63,791 nucleotides of DNA, filler included, from Folioceros fuciformis (GCA_049999805.1; 8 parts of 8 records of this genome joined end to end with filler, not necessarily neighbours in it), one strand, 5' to 3'; shown: positions 48,291 through 62,235, counted from the whole stretch's first letter. The notes: generated from the letters alone by a model not told the origin. Made by a program: numbers and translations.

Positions 48291-49485
48291 ATTTGACTTC
48301 TTTTATTGTTTTGCATTTTACTTTGAACTTTGAAAGTCTGCTGCCAAGACGTACTCGAATGCCCATCATGACGGACAACAAACAAGGTGGCCTCCACTAA
48401 TGGGTGTGGAGAGTGTGTTTCCATTCTTACAAATGGACTGTTGTTGGACATCTCTTAGTCACGTGATCACAACTGAACCATTCCTACTTTGTTTGGCTGC
48501 CGTGCATATCTAGTTTTTTTTGTAGTGACACTTGACGGCAGGATCCGCAGTTTCGAGTTCGAGAAGATTCCAACTCTGATACGATGACGACGTAGATTAC
48601 CCACATAGCGATTGTAGGTGCAGCATAAGATTGTAGTCTTGTGTCAAGTTACACACGTTGTCATACGCGCCGGACAGATGGTTACCATTCCAGGTCTGAT
48701 CTTCAGCGATCAAGCCTATTGATCACGACGCTTGGATTACACCCATTATGGGTGCCTTTCCATTGAGCCATGACCAACTCGCACCTACTGGCTCCAAGAT
48801 TGCACCAACTTCTTGGTGACGTTAATGCATAGCGAGCCTCTTCCTTTGGCCTGAGCGTTGCTACCCTCTTTTTTGCGTTGTTGTTACAAATGATCCTGGG
48901 ACTCCAATCCTGGAGAATGTCAACAGCACCAATCAAGGATAAGCAACCATGCCTGGCCTATGAAAGCGGCAACGTCTAGCAAGAAGGGCTAGAGACAGCG
49001 AGCAATCCTTGTGTGGGAAGAAAGGCAGGAGAAGGCTTACCTACGATCTCTTGCCCCCACACGCTGGCAACAGGTTTGGATCAGAATTTGCATCATTTTT
49101 GAGCTAATGGCAACAAATATTGTTCAGGGGTTTCCTACCTTAGATGGTTACGACTGGAGCCATATTGAAATCTCTGATCTTTTGTGATCAAAATGCTGCT
49201 TCCCAGCAATCAGGAAATCCTGTATTTGCAGCTTCCAACTACAGTTGAATCAGCGTATCAATACTTGCCCTATCATCTTAAGAGCCTATTTATAAGAGAA
49301 AGAGTTCAAAAACCAGCCTATGTAATTGGGCAGTATGCCTCTTATTTGCTGTATCATATTCAGTTGGAGTATTCCTTAAGCGAAACACTAGCCTTGAAGG
49401 TGAAGCTAGAAGTGTGTAGAGAACCTGGTCAGCCGACTTCTTATGAGGTAGATTGGTCCACAGTAAGGCTATAAATCTCTAAAGC

Positions 49486-51760
49486 ATGGCCCAGCAGCAA
49501 GCTTCCTCGACCTCCCCTGTCATCAACATCCCCAAAGAAGATAAGTTCGATGGTGAGAATAATCATGTGTGGAAGAAAAGCATGGAAGAAGTGCTTAAGT
49601 CGAGGAAGCTCTGGGCACATGTCAATGGTGTGGGCAATCCACCCGTGCCCACACCTAAACCAGGACCAGCTGCACCACTAGATGATGTGCTCAAGTGGGA
49701 GGAAGTAGATCAGCTGGCGCGCACCCTCCTGCATTTTAGCGTCAAGAGCAGCCACTCCGGCGTTTTTCAGGGAGCTGACGAACTTGCATCAGCCTGGTGG
49801 AAACAAGTTAAGATGCTCTACGACTCGAGGGACCTCATGTTACAAACATACGAGTTAAAACAATTCATGGCCTTAAGATGAAGGAGACAGTTGACAAGCA
49901 CGTACTTGACTTCCGCAATTGGAGAGCAAAAATGGTGTCAGCAGGCTTCAATCTTGAGGAGGAGCTCTTAGCAGTCATACTCCTCACCATAGTACCAAAA
50001 ACTTGGACAAGTGTGGTACAAGGCCTTCAAGATGTGCGTCCCATTTCAGTAAATCGAGTGATAGCTACAATGCTCGTGGAGGAATCTCGTAGAAAGATCT
50101 CTAATATGTCTCTCTCAACAGGAGGAGACAAGGCCCTTTGGATGGGCAAACCTGGAAGAGGTCGGGGACGAGGACGTCCCTTTAAGAGAGGTAGAGGTAG
50201 AGGCCGAGACTTCCCCTCGAAGCCCTCAGGTTACAACAACACCAACGGATCTAGGCCTCCTTGTGGCCACTACGGTATGACAAATCATACCTGGTAGACG
50301 TGTAGGAAACGTCTTGCTGGAGAAGGTGGACCCTCAGGCCAGATGGCTATGACCATGCAGAAATATAGTAGGGCTTTCTGCACAAGTGTTATCTCAGAAC
50401 ATTTTCTTCCCTCCTCTCGAGATGACAACAGCAACCTGTGCAATGTCGTCACTTGCTTTGCAAATCAGCATGAGCATTCATGGTACATTGATAGCGGGGC
50501 CTCGCAGCATATGACCCCTCATGCTGCATACTTCACAAAACTAAAGGAGAGCAACCTTGCTAAGTACGTGTGCCTAGGAGATGATTTGCAACATCAGATA
50601 GCAGGCCAGAGGACCATCCGACTCGACTTACAGCCTAATCAACACTTAGAGATAATGTAGGGTAAATGTATTGTTGAGAAGAAAGATGGCACACTCTTGG
50701 CTACTGGACACTTGCAAAAGGATGACTTGTATCATTTGGACATGAAGAACGACAAGGCGATTTTTTGCCTATCCGAGTACACATTATGCAAGGCCATCTC
50801 TTACTTACCTTTGGCATCTTCGTTTGGGCCACGTTAACTTTCACAAGCTTGTTAACATGTACAAATCCCAGCTTGTGGATGGCATCCAACTGGACAATCT
50901 GACGGATTTTGGAGTATGTGAGGCTTGTGTGCTTGGGAAGCACAAGCGCTCCTCATTTCCTATTGGGCAAGCAACACGTGCCACAGAGATTTTAGGCCTT
51001 GTGCATAGTGACATATGTGGTAAACTTCCAGTTTCACTCGGAGGGAAGGAATACTTTACCACATTCAATGATGATTTCACACGCTTTTGTGTGGTGTATT
51101 TTCTGAAGCACAAGTCCGAAACCTTCTCTTGTTTTGTTGCATATAAGGCGTGGGCCGAAACTCAAATTGGCAAACGTTTAAAAATGCTGAGGACGGACAA
51201 TGGAGGAGAGTACCTTACTGGAGAGTTCGTCGCCTTCTGTCAGCAGTATGGCATTGAACAACAGCTGACTAATGCTTATAACCCTCAGCAGAATGGGGTC
51301 TAAGAGAAGGAGAACCAGTCCTTGGAGACATCCGCGTCCAGTATGCTGCAATATGCCAAATTGCCCAAGAGTTATTGGGCAGAAGCTGTCTCCTATGCAG
51401 TCTATATCCAAAATCGAATAGCTCATGGGGCAGTGAAGAACAAAACCCCATATGAATTGTGGTAAGGGCGTAAGCGAAACCTCTCTCACCTTCGTGTGTT
51501 TGGGTCTTCCTTTTACGCTCAAGTTCCCAAGGATCTTCGTAGCAAGTTCGACCCCAAGTCCACCAACTGCATATTCATCGGCTTTACAATGGGTGTAAAA
51601 GGTTATAAGTTGCTGGACCGGCGGACTCGCCGTGTTACCCAGTCACGAGATGTTGTGTTCGTGGAGGGCATCAAGTCTGACCATCCAATGGGAGCTTTTT
51701 CCCCTGGTGATTCTGAGGCCGAGTCCGCAGCCCAGTTCCTCTTCCTGCTGCGCCTGTTGT
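49486..51760 (+). mobile_element. Degenerate Ty1/copia gag-PR-INT
   Basis: KEDKFDGENNHVW gag, WYIDSGASQHM protease, VHSDICG/RTDNGGEY/PQQNGV integrase, with stops and frameshifts. Confidence 0.9.
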
Positions 51761-52134
51761 GAACGAAAAAAACTTTCGGAACCCCCATTTTGAGCGACGG
51801 AATGAGCAGGTTGTGATTTTTTTTTTTGTAGGGACAGGCGAATCGGCTTAGTAGGTAAATAAGACCAGGGCGTTTATGCCTAAAGTCCCTCTTGGGCTTT
51901 GGGGTGTACTGAAGACCAGGACAAGGAGGAGGGATGAGCGAGTGTCTCCTTGCCTCTCGGGTCATTGAGAACATTAAGGACCAGGTCTGTAGGTAGGTGA
52001 GTGGGGCATGTCCTTGGCCTTTGGTGGTCCGGGGNNNNNNNNNNNNNNNNNNNNNNNNNNNNNNNNNNNNNNNNNNNNTTAATTAATTAANNNNNNNNNN
52101 NNNNNNNNNNNNNNNNNNNNNNNNNNNNNNNNNN

Positions 52135-55100
52135 GACTGTAGAAAGAAAAAAGCCGGGGAGCCGAGGAGAGCACTTGAGGCTCATGTAGCTACCCGGGCC
52201 AAAATGACAAATCCAAATACCATTCTTACGGTGTTCCTCGCACACACCAAGGCTGATCAAAATCACTGGTTTGTCGACTCGGGTGACTCCGCACACATAT
52301 GCTACATGCGAGAAGGCTTCATCAAATATAACACTTATGCACTTGGACAGTTTGTCCTACTTGGAGATGGGAGTGGGCTTGCAGTTGCTGGTTGCGGCAT
52401 TGTGCAAATTCAGCTGATAGATGGATCAACCCGCTTGCTCCACCAAGTGCTACACGTCCCACAGATGTGTAAAAATCTCATGTCAGTTCGGCATATTTGC
52501 AGGGACTGGATGGTTCATATTTCCTTCAGCTGTGAGCTGAAGGAAATCACTGTGAGCTGCGAGAGACGCAGACAGACCATATCCTAGCCCTGGGTACCTT
52601 ACAAGATGATCTATACAACCTGGATTGCTTCACATCACCTGCTGGAAATCCACAAGTCAACTCGACATCCCAAGCCATGTTGGCAAAACGTCTTCCATAC
52701 AGTGTGATGCTCAACTCTTGTGGCATTCAAGGCTTGCACATCCGAATTTCATGAAGATGAAATGGATGATAGAGCAAGAGTTGTACCGTGAGAAACTTGA
52801 CTGGAAGGTTACTGACACGCATGTATTATGTGGCGCTTGCATCCATAGTAAGATGGTCGAAAAGAAGCCTAAGAAGAGTGAACATGACCGTGCATCTGAC
52901 TTATTGGAAATGGTCCATACGGACCTTTGTGGACCGATGTCAACACCATCCTTGGTGGTTCCCCTTACTTCATGGCTGTCATTGATGATTACACCAGATA
53001 CACTGTCACATATTTCTTGCGGCAGAAGAATGAGGCCTTAGAGAAGTTTCAACAATATGTTGACTTCTCTCAACGACAAACTCGGAAAACTCTCAAGGTG
53101 CTCAGGACTGATAATGGGGGCGAATTTATTAGTGGTGATTTTCAGTCATACTGTCATTCTCTTAGCATTGCCCGCCAGCTGACCTCCCCACACACATCCA
53201 GCCAAAACCCATTGGCAGAGGCGAAGAACATATACCTCCAAGAAGCAGCCAAGGCCATACTTTATCAGTCCGGTTTATCCAAGCCATTTTGGGCTGATGC
53301 AGTGCAAACTGCCACATATGTGCAAAACCGTTTGCCCACTTCTTCTTTCATAGGTGCTACCCCATATGAACAGTGGATTGGTCGTAAACCATCCATTTCA
53401 CATCTGAAATTTTTTGGCAGCCGTGTGTATGTGCACATCCCAAAGACCCAACGGAGGAAGCTGGATTACCAAGCCTGTGCTATGACTTTCATTGGATACA
53501 CTGAGGGTATCAAAGGGTATAAGGTTTATGACCCTAGCTCCGGCCATGTCACTCATACCCGTGTTGGCATTTTTGATGAAAACAGCTTGTTGGTTGTGGC
53601 TTGTGCTAGAGAGGGGGGCCGATAGGATGTGATGTCTGACTCTCAAGTTACTGAACTCCAAAGCGATAGTGATTTTGAACTTGAGCAAATAATTCCACGT
53701 GCAAGTCAGCCACAAGTAACTCCACTACAAGCCCCAAGCCATACCTCAACTCCAGGCTTAAATCCACCACCACAAGTTGACACTAATGCTGGCGATACAT
53801 TTGAGGCCAATGCAAGTGAGGGTGAAGCTGAAACCAATGTGCCAACACAGCCTGAACTTGGTCAGCCTGCTACGCTTAGGAGGTCAGCGAGACACCATAC
53901 AAGCTCTCCCCTGGAATGGAGTCAAGTGCCGCTTGCCATGGAAGGGCACATACGGCCAAATGCAAATATGAATGCCATGCTGGCTCAAATACTCATAGCA
54001 GCCCAAGACCTAGGTGCACCAACATCCTACAAAGAAGCCATAAACTCACCGGAGAAGGAGCAGTGGCAAGCAGCGATCAAATCAAAGTTTGATTCCCTCA
54101 TTGAGAACGAGACTTGGGAATTAGTTGATCTACCTCAAGGAAGGAGGCCGATTTCAAACAAATGGGTGTTCAAGAGGAAGCTCAACCCTGATGGCAGTAC
54201 AACTAGGTTCAAAGCTAGACTAGTGGTGCGTGGATTCTCCCAAAGAGAAGGGATAGACTACAATGAGACCTTCTCTCCTGTTGTGCGTGCGTCATCATTA
54301 AGGACACTCATGGTCATCGCTGCTCAAGAAGGTTACCACATCCACCAAATGGATGTACAGACGGCTTTCCTTAATGGCCTCCTTGAAGAAGAGGTATATA
54401 TGATGCAGCCTGAAGGCTACATTGATGCCAAGCACCCAAGCAAGGTTTGTAGGCTAAAGAAAACCCAGTATGGCCTCAAACAATCGACCCAGTATGGCAC
54501 TTGAGGTTGCACACATATCTCGTAAGGAGAGGGTTTAAGCAATCAGATGCTGATGGCAGTGTGTATGTATATAAGAAGAAAGGGCAGACTGCCTACCTAG
54601 CGGTGTACGTCGATGACACAATCATATTTGGGTCCGATGATGGCATGATGAAAGAGGTGAAAGGTATCTTGTCATCAGAATTCAAAATGACAGATTTGGG
54701 CCCTTGCAAATTTTTCCTAGGTGTCCAAGCACTCATGAACCTAGTGACGGGAAGCATATTTCTCCACCAGCAGCATTATGTGAACATATTACTTGAGAAG
54801 TTCAACATGCAAAATGCGAAGCCAGCAGCAACTCCAGCTGCAGTGGGGGCCACCCTAACACAAGATCAATGTCCCAAGACGCTTGCTAAGCAGAAGGAGA
54901 TGGAGAACACACCATACAGAGTCTTGTAGGGTGTCTGCTATGGCTGAGTGGCTGGACCAGACCTGATATTGCCCATGTGACATCACTTACCTCATAATTC
55001 TTAGCCAACCCAGGACAGCAGCATTGGATAGCTGCTAAGCGTGTCCTCAGGTACTTGAAAGGCACATCTGACCTAGGACTTTTGTACAGCAAGAAAGGGG

Positions 55101-55850
55101 TTGATGGAAGAGCTTGGATGGAATGCAAGACGGACTCCGATTGGGCTGGTGATAAGGACTCGTGTAGGTCCATATCTGCATATTGTATTAAGGTGTGTGG
55201 GGGCCTCGTTATGTGGTCCTCAAAGAAGCAGACAATGGTTGCACTATCATCTACGGAGGCCGAATATGCAGCAGCCACAACTGCAGCTCAAGAAGTTATG
55301 CACCTACGGAATTTCTTGGAAACTCTAGGTTACCAGCAGTAGGAGCCCACGCCAATGTATTGCGATAATCATTCTGCTATTGCTATAGCCAGGAATCCTA
55401 TCTCACATGCTCGTACGAGACATGTGGAGGTGAAACAACATTTCATAAGAAATACAATTGCCAACAAGATAATTAGTCTCAGTTACATCCCCACAGATGA
55501 CAACACAGCTGATTTATTGACCAAGGCTCTAGCAAAAGAAAAACATAACTTGCATGTTGTTGGACTTGGCTTGAGACACAGATCTGACATTGAAGCCGAG
55601 AAGAAAGAAAATGAAGTGACCAAGAAAACTGGCGGCGACTGACAATTGCGACTAAGTGGGGGTGCAAAGTGAAGCCTAGGAATAGTCTAGCGTCAGCTAG
55701 TCAATAGCTAGGCTAAGTTAAATAAGTTTTAGCTAGGGCTAGATAGCCTAATGTGAAAAGACACATAATAAAAAAAAATTACCTAACCGCCATAGCGTAT
55801 GGCATAAGACACTAAACATTGTTTTGTATTTTTACACGATCATTCTCATG
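52135..55850 (+). mobile_element. Degenerate Ty1/copia (gag end, PR, INT, RT, RH, PPT, 3' LTR from 55663)
   Basis: WFVDSGDS, RTDNGGEF, QMDVQTAFLNG, YVDD, TDSDWAGD, DLLTK. PPT AAGTGGGGG followed by TG at 55663. Confidence 0.92.
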
Positions 55851-55869
55851 TAAGATACTTCTCTTGATT

Positions 55870-56462
55870 TTTGTAGTGGTCTTGTCTTTCACATTGAAGT
55901 AGACCGACTTCGACAATGTTAGCATGATGATAGACCTAGCAAGCTCATCTAGATCATGCCACTCATCCTGAGTCATGCTAACAGGTTTCACTCCTAGCAA
56001 CTTGATGGGCTTGATCTACTTCTTATGTACTAGAACATTATACACTTGTTCTTTCCAGAACGGGAAGTTAGTACCATCTAGCTTCTCGATATTGAACATG
56101 ACGTTTTCTGAGGACGTTATGTTTCAAAATCGATGCAAATCAACCAAAGGGCTAGTTAGAAAATGGTAAAAATGTAATGTAGATCCTGAAAGGTACTCTC
56201 ACATCTTGTTCCGAATCGACTGCTCACAATTTAGGCTGACATGATGGGCCTAAATTCTCCGATCAAAATCTGGCTGCCTCGCGGTTGGGATTTCGGTTCG
56301 ACACCCGTGCCCTCGCTCTCGGCATTGACGCTCCGGCGCCCGACGTTCGCGATGCTCACACCCCTAACGCCTATCCTTGCGTCGTCACGCCTCGGCGCCC
56401 GCGTCAGGCGTGGTGCTCGGCCGCGATCACGATCACCGTCACTCACCGGTCACTCAATTTTG
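55870..56462 (-). mobile_element. Third family-B copia fragment (GC-rich leader and gag start)
   Basis: Matches 10455-10745 (gag) and 60880-60930 (leader). Confidence 0.88.
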
Positions 56463-56562
56463 NNNNNNNNNNNNNNNNNNNNNNNNNNNNNNNNNNNNNN
56501 NNNNNNTTAATTAATTAANNNNNNNNNNNNNNNNNNNNNNNNNNNNNNNNNNNNNNNNNNNN

Positions 56563-56945
56563 CCACCAGAGAGTGGAGTGATGACCAGTAGCCTTGGGTG
56601 CACGATGGGGAGGAAGCACACAAGGGAAGTCATCTTTTTATGTTAATTGTGATCACCCATCTACATCAAGGGAGAAAGAGCAGAGAAGCTGTTTCTTTCG
56701 CCGATCTCATGTAGAGTGATCCACCAGAGAGTAGAGTGATGACCGGTAGCCTTGGGTGCACGATGGGAAGGAAGCACATAAGGGAAGGCATCTGTTTATG
56801 TTAGTTGTGATCACCCATCTACATCAAGGGAGAAAGAGCAGAGAAGCTGTTTCTTTCGCCGATCTCATGTAGAGTGAGCCACCAGAGAGTGGAGTGATGA
56901 CCGGTAGCCTTGGGTGCACGATGGGGAGGAAGCACACAAGGGAAG
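56563..56945. repeat. 158-bp tandem repeat, about 2.4 copies visible, continuing into the gap
   Basis: Unit start CCACCAGAGAGT at 56563, 56721 and 56879. Confidence 0.9.
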
Positions 56946-57064
56946 ACGTCTAATGTGCATTGAGTAAGCATATACGCGTATATTAATGTAGGGGTTGGCC
57001 ACCCCATATAAGTCTACTTTAAGTATATACATGAAAAGTATAAAGTGACTAAACAGTCTTCACA

Positions 57065-59452
57065 TTCAAGATCCAGATATTGAAAGGTCATATCTTGTTT
57101 GGCACGACACCATAAATAGTGGTAGGAGGCATAGAAGCTCTAGGCTGGAGTTGAGAAGCATGTTATTGAAGAAAAATATCTTCATTAAAAACCTCACTCC
57201 GAGAAATAGTCAGCTGATGTGTTGAGGGATCAAACAACTTGTAACCCTTCACATCATCAGAATAACCCACAAAAATTCTATGAATGGCTTTCAAATCCAT
57301 CTTACGACGAGTAGCTCTAGGTACATAAGCATAAGCTAGAGATCCAAATATGCGCAAGTATGTGATGCAAGGCTTACGTCAAGTCCCTCGCTCATAGGGA
57401 GTAGTCAAGCCAAGCTCCTTAGAAGGTAGGCGATTCAGAACATAATTAGCAGCCATCAATGCCTCAGCCCAATATCCACGAGAGAGACTATCAAAAGTAA
57501 GAGATGCCAAAGTAGCCTCCTGGAGTGTTCAATTTTTCTTCTCAGCAAAAGAATTTTGAGCAAGAGTACATGGTACAATGAGCTGGTGATGGATCCCTTC
57601 CGCACAATAAAATTCCTTAAAAAGCATTGCTGGCGTACTTGCCACCATTATCACTACGCAAAATCTTAATCTGGTGACCTGTTTGCCGGGTTGCAAAACG
57701 CACATAGGTTTGAAAACATACAAGAGCCTCGCTCTTATGTTTTAATACATAAACAATATAATAGCGGCTCCATTCATCAATGAAGGTACTAAAATAAGTG
57801 GCTCCTCCAAAAGAGTTGGTAGTCATAGGGCCACAAATGTCACTATGTATAGTTTCCAAAAGGGTAGAGGCCTGTGTTAAGTGGAGATCCTTATGTGGCT
57901 TAGAAAATGCTTTACTAAGCTAACAGGAGTCACAAAAGGAGTGACCAGAAAGAGGAGAAGGGAGTGGATCTCTAAAGCTATTACCCTTTGTAAGAGATGC
58001 TAAATGCTGAAAATGAACATGGGCTAGACGACAATGCCAAAGTTGCATAGACGGTGGCCTCTGAATGGCATTGACAATTTGAGTGGGCTGTGGTTGCACT
58101 ATTGATTTGACATCTAACAAGTGCAAATCATGAAAAAGAGTGCCTAGAAAAAGGTCCTATTGTGAGGAAACATGTGTTATGGTGCAACCAAATTGATCGA
58201 AACATACTCGGAAAGAGTGTTCTTGTGACAACTTAACCACATACATCAAATTTTTGGTCATACAAGGGACACAATGAGCACCAATAAGGGTGAGTGAAGA
58301 CTCATTTGGGAGCTATATGACTTTTGAGTCAGAGCCCTTGATGGAAAGCCCACTATCATCACCCAAAAGCACAAATTGTTTGGCATCACGTGTGGGTGAG
58401 AAGGTTTAAAAAGAATGCCTATCTAAACAAATATGACTAGCAGCTCTTGAATCTAAAAACCAAGTCTCCACTTGAGAGTGAACAGAGAGGAAAGAAAAAT
58501 AAGTAAGATAGTGGGGGACTTAGCTTTTGTGGTTGTAACATTTGATTTAAGAAGACTTGCATCTCGTCAAGGCTCACCAGCCCTTTTGTTTCGGCAATCC
58601 TTCTCAATATGGCCGGGTATCTTACACCAACGACAAGTGACATTTCTTCTTTGATGATGTTGTAGATTATTTGTGGAACGCTGAAAATTTTGGTTGGGGA
58701 AGCCACGTCCCCTGCCACGTCCTCAAAAACCCCCTCTGCCTCAAGAAGTGAACAAAGTTCTTGAGTTAGGTTGACCACTTGAACTAGCCTTCATTTTGTT
58801 GAGTCCAAGGGTTCGCTCCTCTACTAGAAGAGCTCAAAGCACCTCATGAAGTGTAATAGCTGGAGTTGCACCTGTAATTGTTGTTTGACTAACCGTCCTT
58901 ATAATGGCGCTTTGTGCGCTTACAAAAGATTGATATGGTTCAGGAAGAGTAGCAAGTAGGTTGACAGCAGCCTGAACTTCACTTAAATTTGTTCCACAAT
59001 ATGCAAGGTTAGCACAACAGAGTGCAAAACCTATTGATGTAAGACTCCACAGTCTCATTGTCTTCCATACGAAGACTAAAGAACTCCCTTAAGGCTTGTA
59101 CTAAGGAGGCTGACCTCCTATCCTTATAAATCCTCTTAAAGTTATTCCACACATCACTTGAAGTGGTAGCACCTAAGGTATGTGTCATCATATTCCGATC
59201 TAGAGCACAAATAATAATAGGTCTCGCACGTCGATCCTTCCGTTGGCATTCCAAAATGAGATCATGGGCGGCTCCTGAAGCAGGAGTAGGTATAGACCCG
59301 TCTACAACCCCCATCAATTCATTTTCTTCTAGAATTTGGGACACCTGCATTGCCCATACAATGTAATTTGTTCCATTAAATGAATCTCTATCCTTGAATT
59401 CTGTCATAAGAGGAGTAAGAAAAGCGAAAGGCAAAGGAGAAGGTCCCGACAT
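57065..59452 (-). mobile_element. Degenerate Ty1/copia gag-PR-INT
   Basis: FKDRDSFNGTNYIVW gag, CRWCKIPGHIEKDC knuckle, WHCRLAH and IHSDICGP/RSDNGG integrase. Confidence 0.88.
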
Positions 59453-59682
59453 GTTTAATCCAGATTGTACAGCTTGTGGAGAAAAATCCCAAATAGAATA
59501 CTCTACAAGTGTTCTATCCCTAAAGTTTCAAATAAATTGAATGCTTCACTATCATCACTATCACAATTGAGGTCAAAATACATAAAAAAGAATGATTAGT
59601 ACCAACGCATATTACAACTAAATGATGTAAAGGAATTAAGCTAGTATATATCAATTTAGTAAAAGCTTAAGTATGATAAGAA

Positions 59683-59755
59683 ACTGCCTTGGTATAGTGG
59701 TTAGTAATCCTGTCTTTCTTGTATGTCAATTGGGTTCGATTCTCGTCAGATGTGA
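59683..59755 (+). pseudogene. Degenerate tRNA-like sequence (Glu/Asp-like) or SINE head
   Basis: A-box TGGTATAGTGG and B-box GGTTCGATTC at tRNA spacing, with an anticodon-loop-like CTTTC. The acceptor and anticodon stems pair poorly. Confidence 0.55.
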
Positions 59756-59996
59756 CACCTCTAGGTTTGAAATTTCCTTTTTATTATTTTTATTTATCTG
59801 CGCTTGAGGTGCAGCCGCGGAAACCCGGGACACGGCCACAGCGGTTACCATGACATGCCCGTTGCGCAGCTGCTATTACTGCGGCGCCTCTAAATTGTGG
59901 CTGCAAATCAACTGCAACACCTTCACAATTTGATGTAGATTGCATGTTGGAAAGCTCGGGTCATGGGCGCCGTTGTGCACACGTCTGCCAAAAAGC

Positions 59997-61805
59997 TGTA
60001 GGGTTATTAAAGCCCAATGTGCTTGGACTAATGTGTTTAGTCTAAGATTAGTGTCTAGTTAAGTACCATTAGTTTAGATTAGCTTAAGCTAATATGTAGG
60101 AAGCTTCTTGCGCAGCTTCCTGTGCGCTTCTTGTGAAGCTACCTAGGGAGCTCTTCTAGAGGGTATAAATACCCCCTTGAGCTCCCTTGCTATTGAGACT
60201 CTATTGTGAGAGCGTGACCTCTCTTTCTCCTCCTCCTTGCCTCTCCTCCTCTCCTCCTTCATCATGTAGCTCCTTCGAGCGATCCTTCAAGAAGTATCAG
60301 AGCAGGTGGTGGAGCAAGAGGATAATGTCCCTGGTGCTGCGAACAAAGTGCCTGTGAGGGAGACATTGGAGTGGCTGTGTGCGGCATCCGAGGTGCAAGC
60401 GTCTCTAGCCCGGACAGGAAGCCAGGAGCAGGGCGACCCCCAGGCCTCGGGACGCCCATCCACAGGAGGACGAGCGCATGCGCATTGAGCGCCGTAGGCG
60501 CACATAGCGCCCCGGGCACACAAGACGCCGAGGCTAGGCCGAAGGCCAGACAGCACGCACGGCCGCAGGGTGCCTCGGGCGGCCAACCCCCGGGGGCGCC
60601 CCCAGACCGGGGGGGGCGGTGCCAGGCTCCCAGTGGGGCCGCCAGCCCCGCAAGCCGGGGGCTCCCGGCCAGGGTTGCCGCCAAGCGCGGCGACCGCTAG
60701 GCCGGGGCACTAGCCCGGCAGTGCCAGGCGCAGACGCCCGAACGCGAGGCACTAACAGGCGCATGGACGTGGGGCGCCTGATCGCGCTAGGCGCCACAAT
60801 CGTCGCTGAGGGCGCGGCCATCGGGCTGTCGGGCCAGTAGGGCCAGTCGCGGCGCGAGTGTCGCAAGCAGATGCAGGATTACGGGCGCCGGAGTGTCGAC
60901 GCCGAGAGCGAGGGCATGGGCGCCGAATCGATCCTGGCCGTGAGGCATCGGGATTTTGAATTGGACGAAAGACTGCAGGGTTTTGGTAGTTTTGGTAGTA
61001 TGTGCTTATGTTTTGGTAGTGAAGATGCATCTGTAGTGGGATATACGGATGCTAATTATGCAGGGAATATGGACAAAAGGAGGTCCACATCAGGTTATGT
61101 CTTCATGTGCACTAGAGGGCCAGTCTCATGGCGATCTCGTTTGCAATCGCGCATAACGCTATCTACCACAGAGGCCGAGTATGTTGCAGCGACTGAGGCT
61201 TGCTCGTTTAGTGGGAGATTTGGGGATCAAGGTTGAGCTGCCAGTGTTGCATTGTGATAGCCAGAGTGCTATCTAGTTGGCGAAGAATCTAGTTTCATGC
61301 GAAGACCAAACATGTGGAAGTGAAGTATCACTTCATTCGAGAGGTGTTGGAAGACAAGAGGGTACAGCTTGTTAAAGTTCACACCAGTCAGAACCCTGCA
61401 GATATTCTTACCAAGGGGCTCTCTTTGGAGCAATTCGCACAAGCTCGGACACTCATGGGCATGAGGTAGACCGCTCTCCTATGAAGGTAAATTGGCCTTT
61501 AAGGGGGAGGTTGTAGGGTTATTAAAGCCCAATGTGCTTAGACTAATGTGATTAGTCTAAAGATTAGCGTCTAGTTAAGTGCCATTAGTTTAGATTAGCT
61601 TAAGCTAATTTGTAGGAACCTTCTTGCGCAGCTTCCTGTGCGCTTCTTGTGAAGCTTCCTAGGGAGCTCTTCTAGAGGGTATAAATACCCCCTTGAGCTC
61701 CCTTGCTGGTGAGACTCTATTGTGAGAGTGTGCCCTCTCTTTCTCCTCCTCCTTGCCTCTCCTCCTCTCCTCCTGCACCATGTAGCTCCTTCTAGCGATC
61801 CTTCA
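59997..61805 (+). mobile_element. Internally deleted family-B copia, 1.8 kb, with both LTRs (59997-60289, 61512-61805) and TSD AAAGC
   Basis: TG...CA LTR pair; AAAGC at 59992-59996 and 61806-61810; mutated PBS AAGTATCAGAGC; PPT AAGGGGGAGG. Only an RNase H remnant is retained. Confidence 0.95.
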
Positions 61806-62235
61806 AAAGCTGCTGAGAGAATCATCGCAATTGTGCTGGGGCTTCTATACTCTGAGGCATGGCTCCCACTAAAAATTGCTGGGCCAAAGCTATCATTATG
61901 GCATGGCAGGTAATTGTAGAAAAAATTTATAGGGTTGAATTGCCATGGAGAACGCTCCTGCTGCATCCTTGTGAGGCAGGCCCTTCGTTTTTTTGTGCAC
62001 CCATGGAGAATCACTAGGGGGATATCATCGCGATTCTCCCTACAACCTAATGCAATCCAGAAACACGAGGGGCATGAGCGCGTGGGATGGCGATGAGCGT
62101 GAGCGCAAAGGAAAGGAAAAACGGTTATATAAATTNNNNNNNNNNNNNNNNNNNNNNNNNNNNNNNNNNNNNNNNNNNNTTAATTAATTAANNNNNNNNN
62201 NNNNNNNNNNNNNNNNNNNNNNNNNNNNNNNNNNN

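Noticed and set aside
48574-48660. PBS-like TCGTATCAGAG (minus) next to a short TG-starting block
   Set aside because: No partner LTR, PPT or coding remnant could be identified, so it is too weak to call an element.
60262-61030. Multiple overlapping Pro/Ala/Arg-rich ORFs
   Set aside because: GC-rich retroelement leader that is depleted of stop codons.
10753-62235. Recurrent TTAATTAATTAA palindrome within N runs
   Set aside because: Artificial scaffold linker with stops in all frames, not biological.
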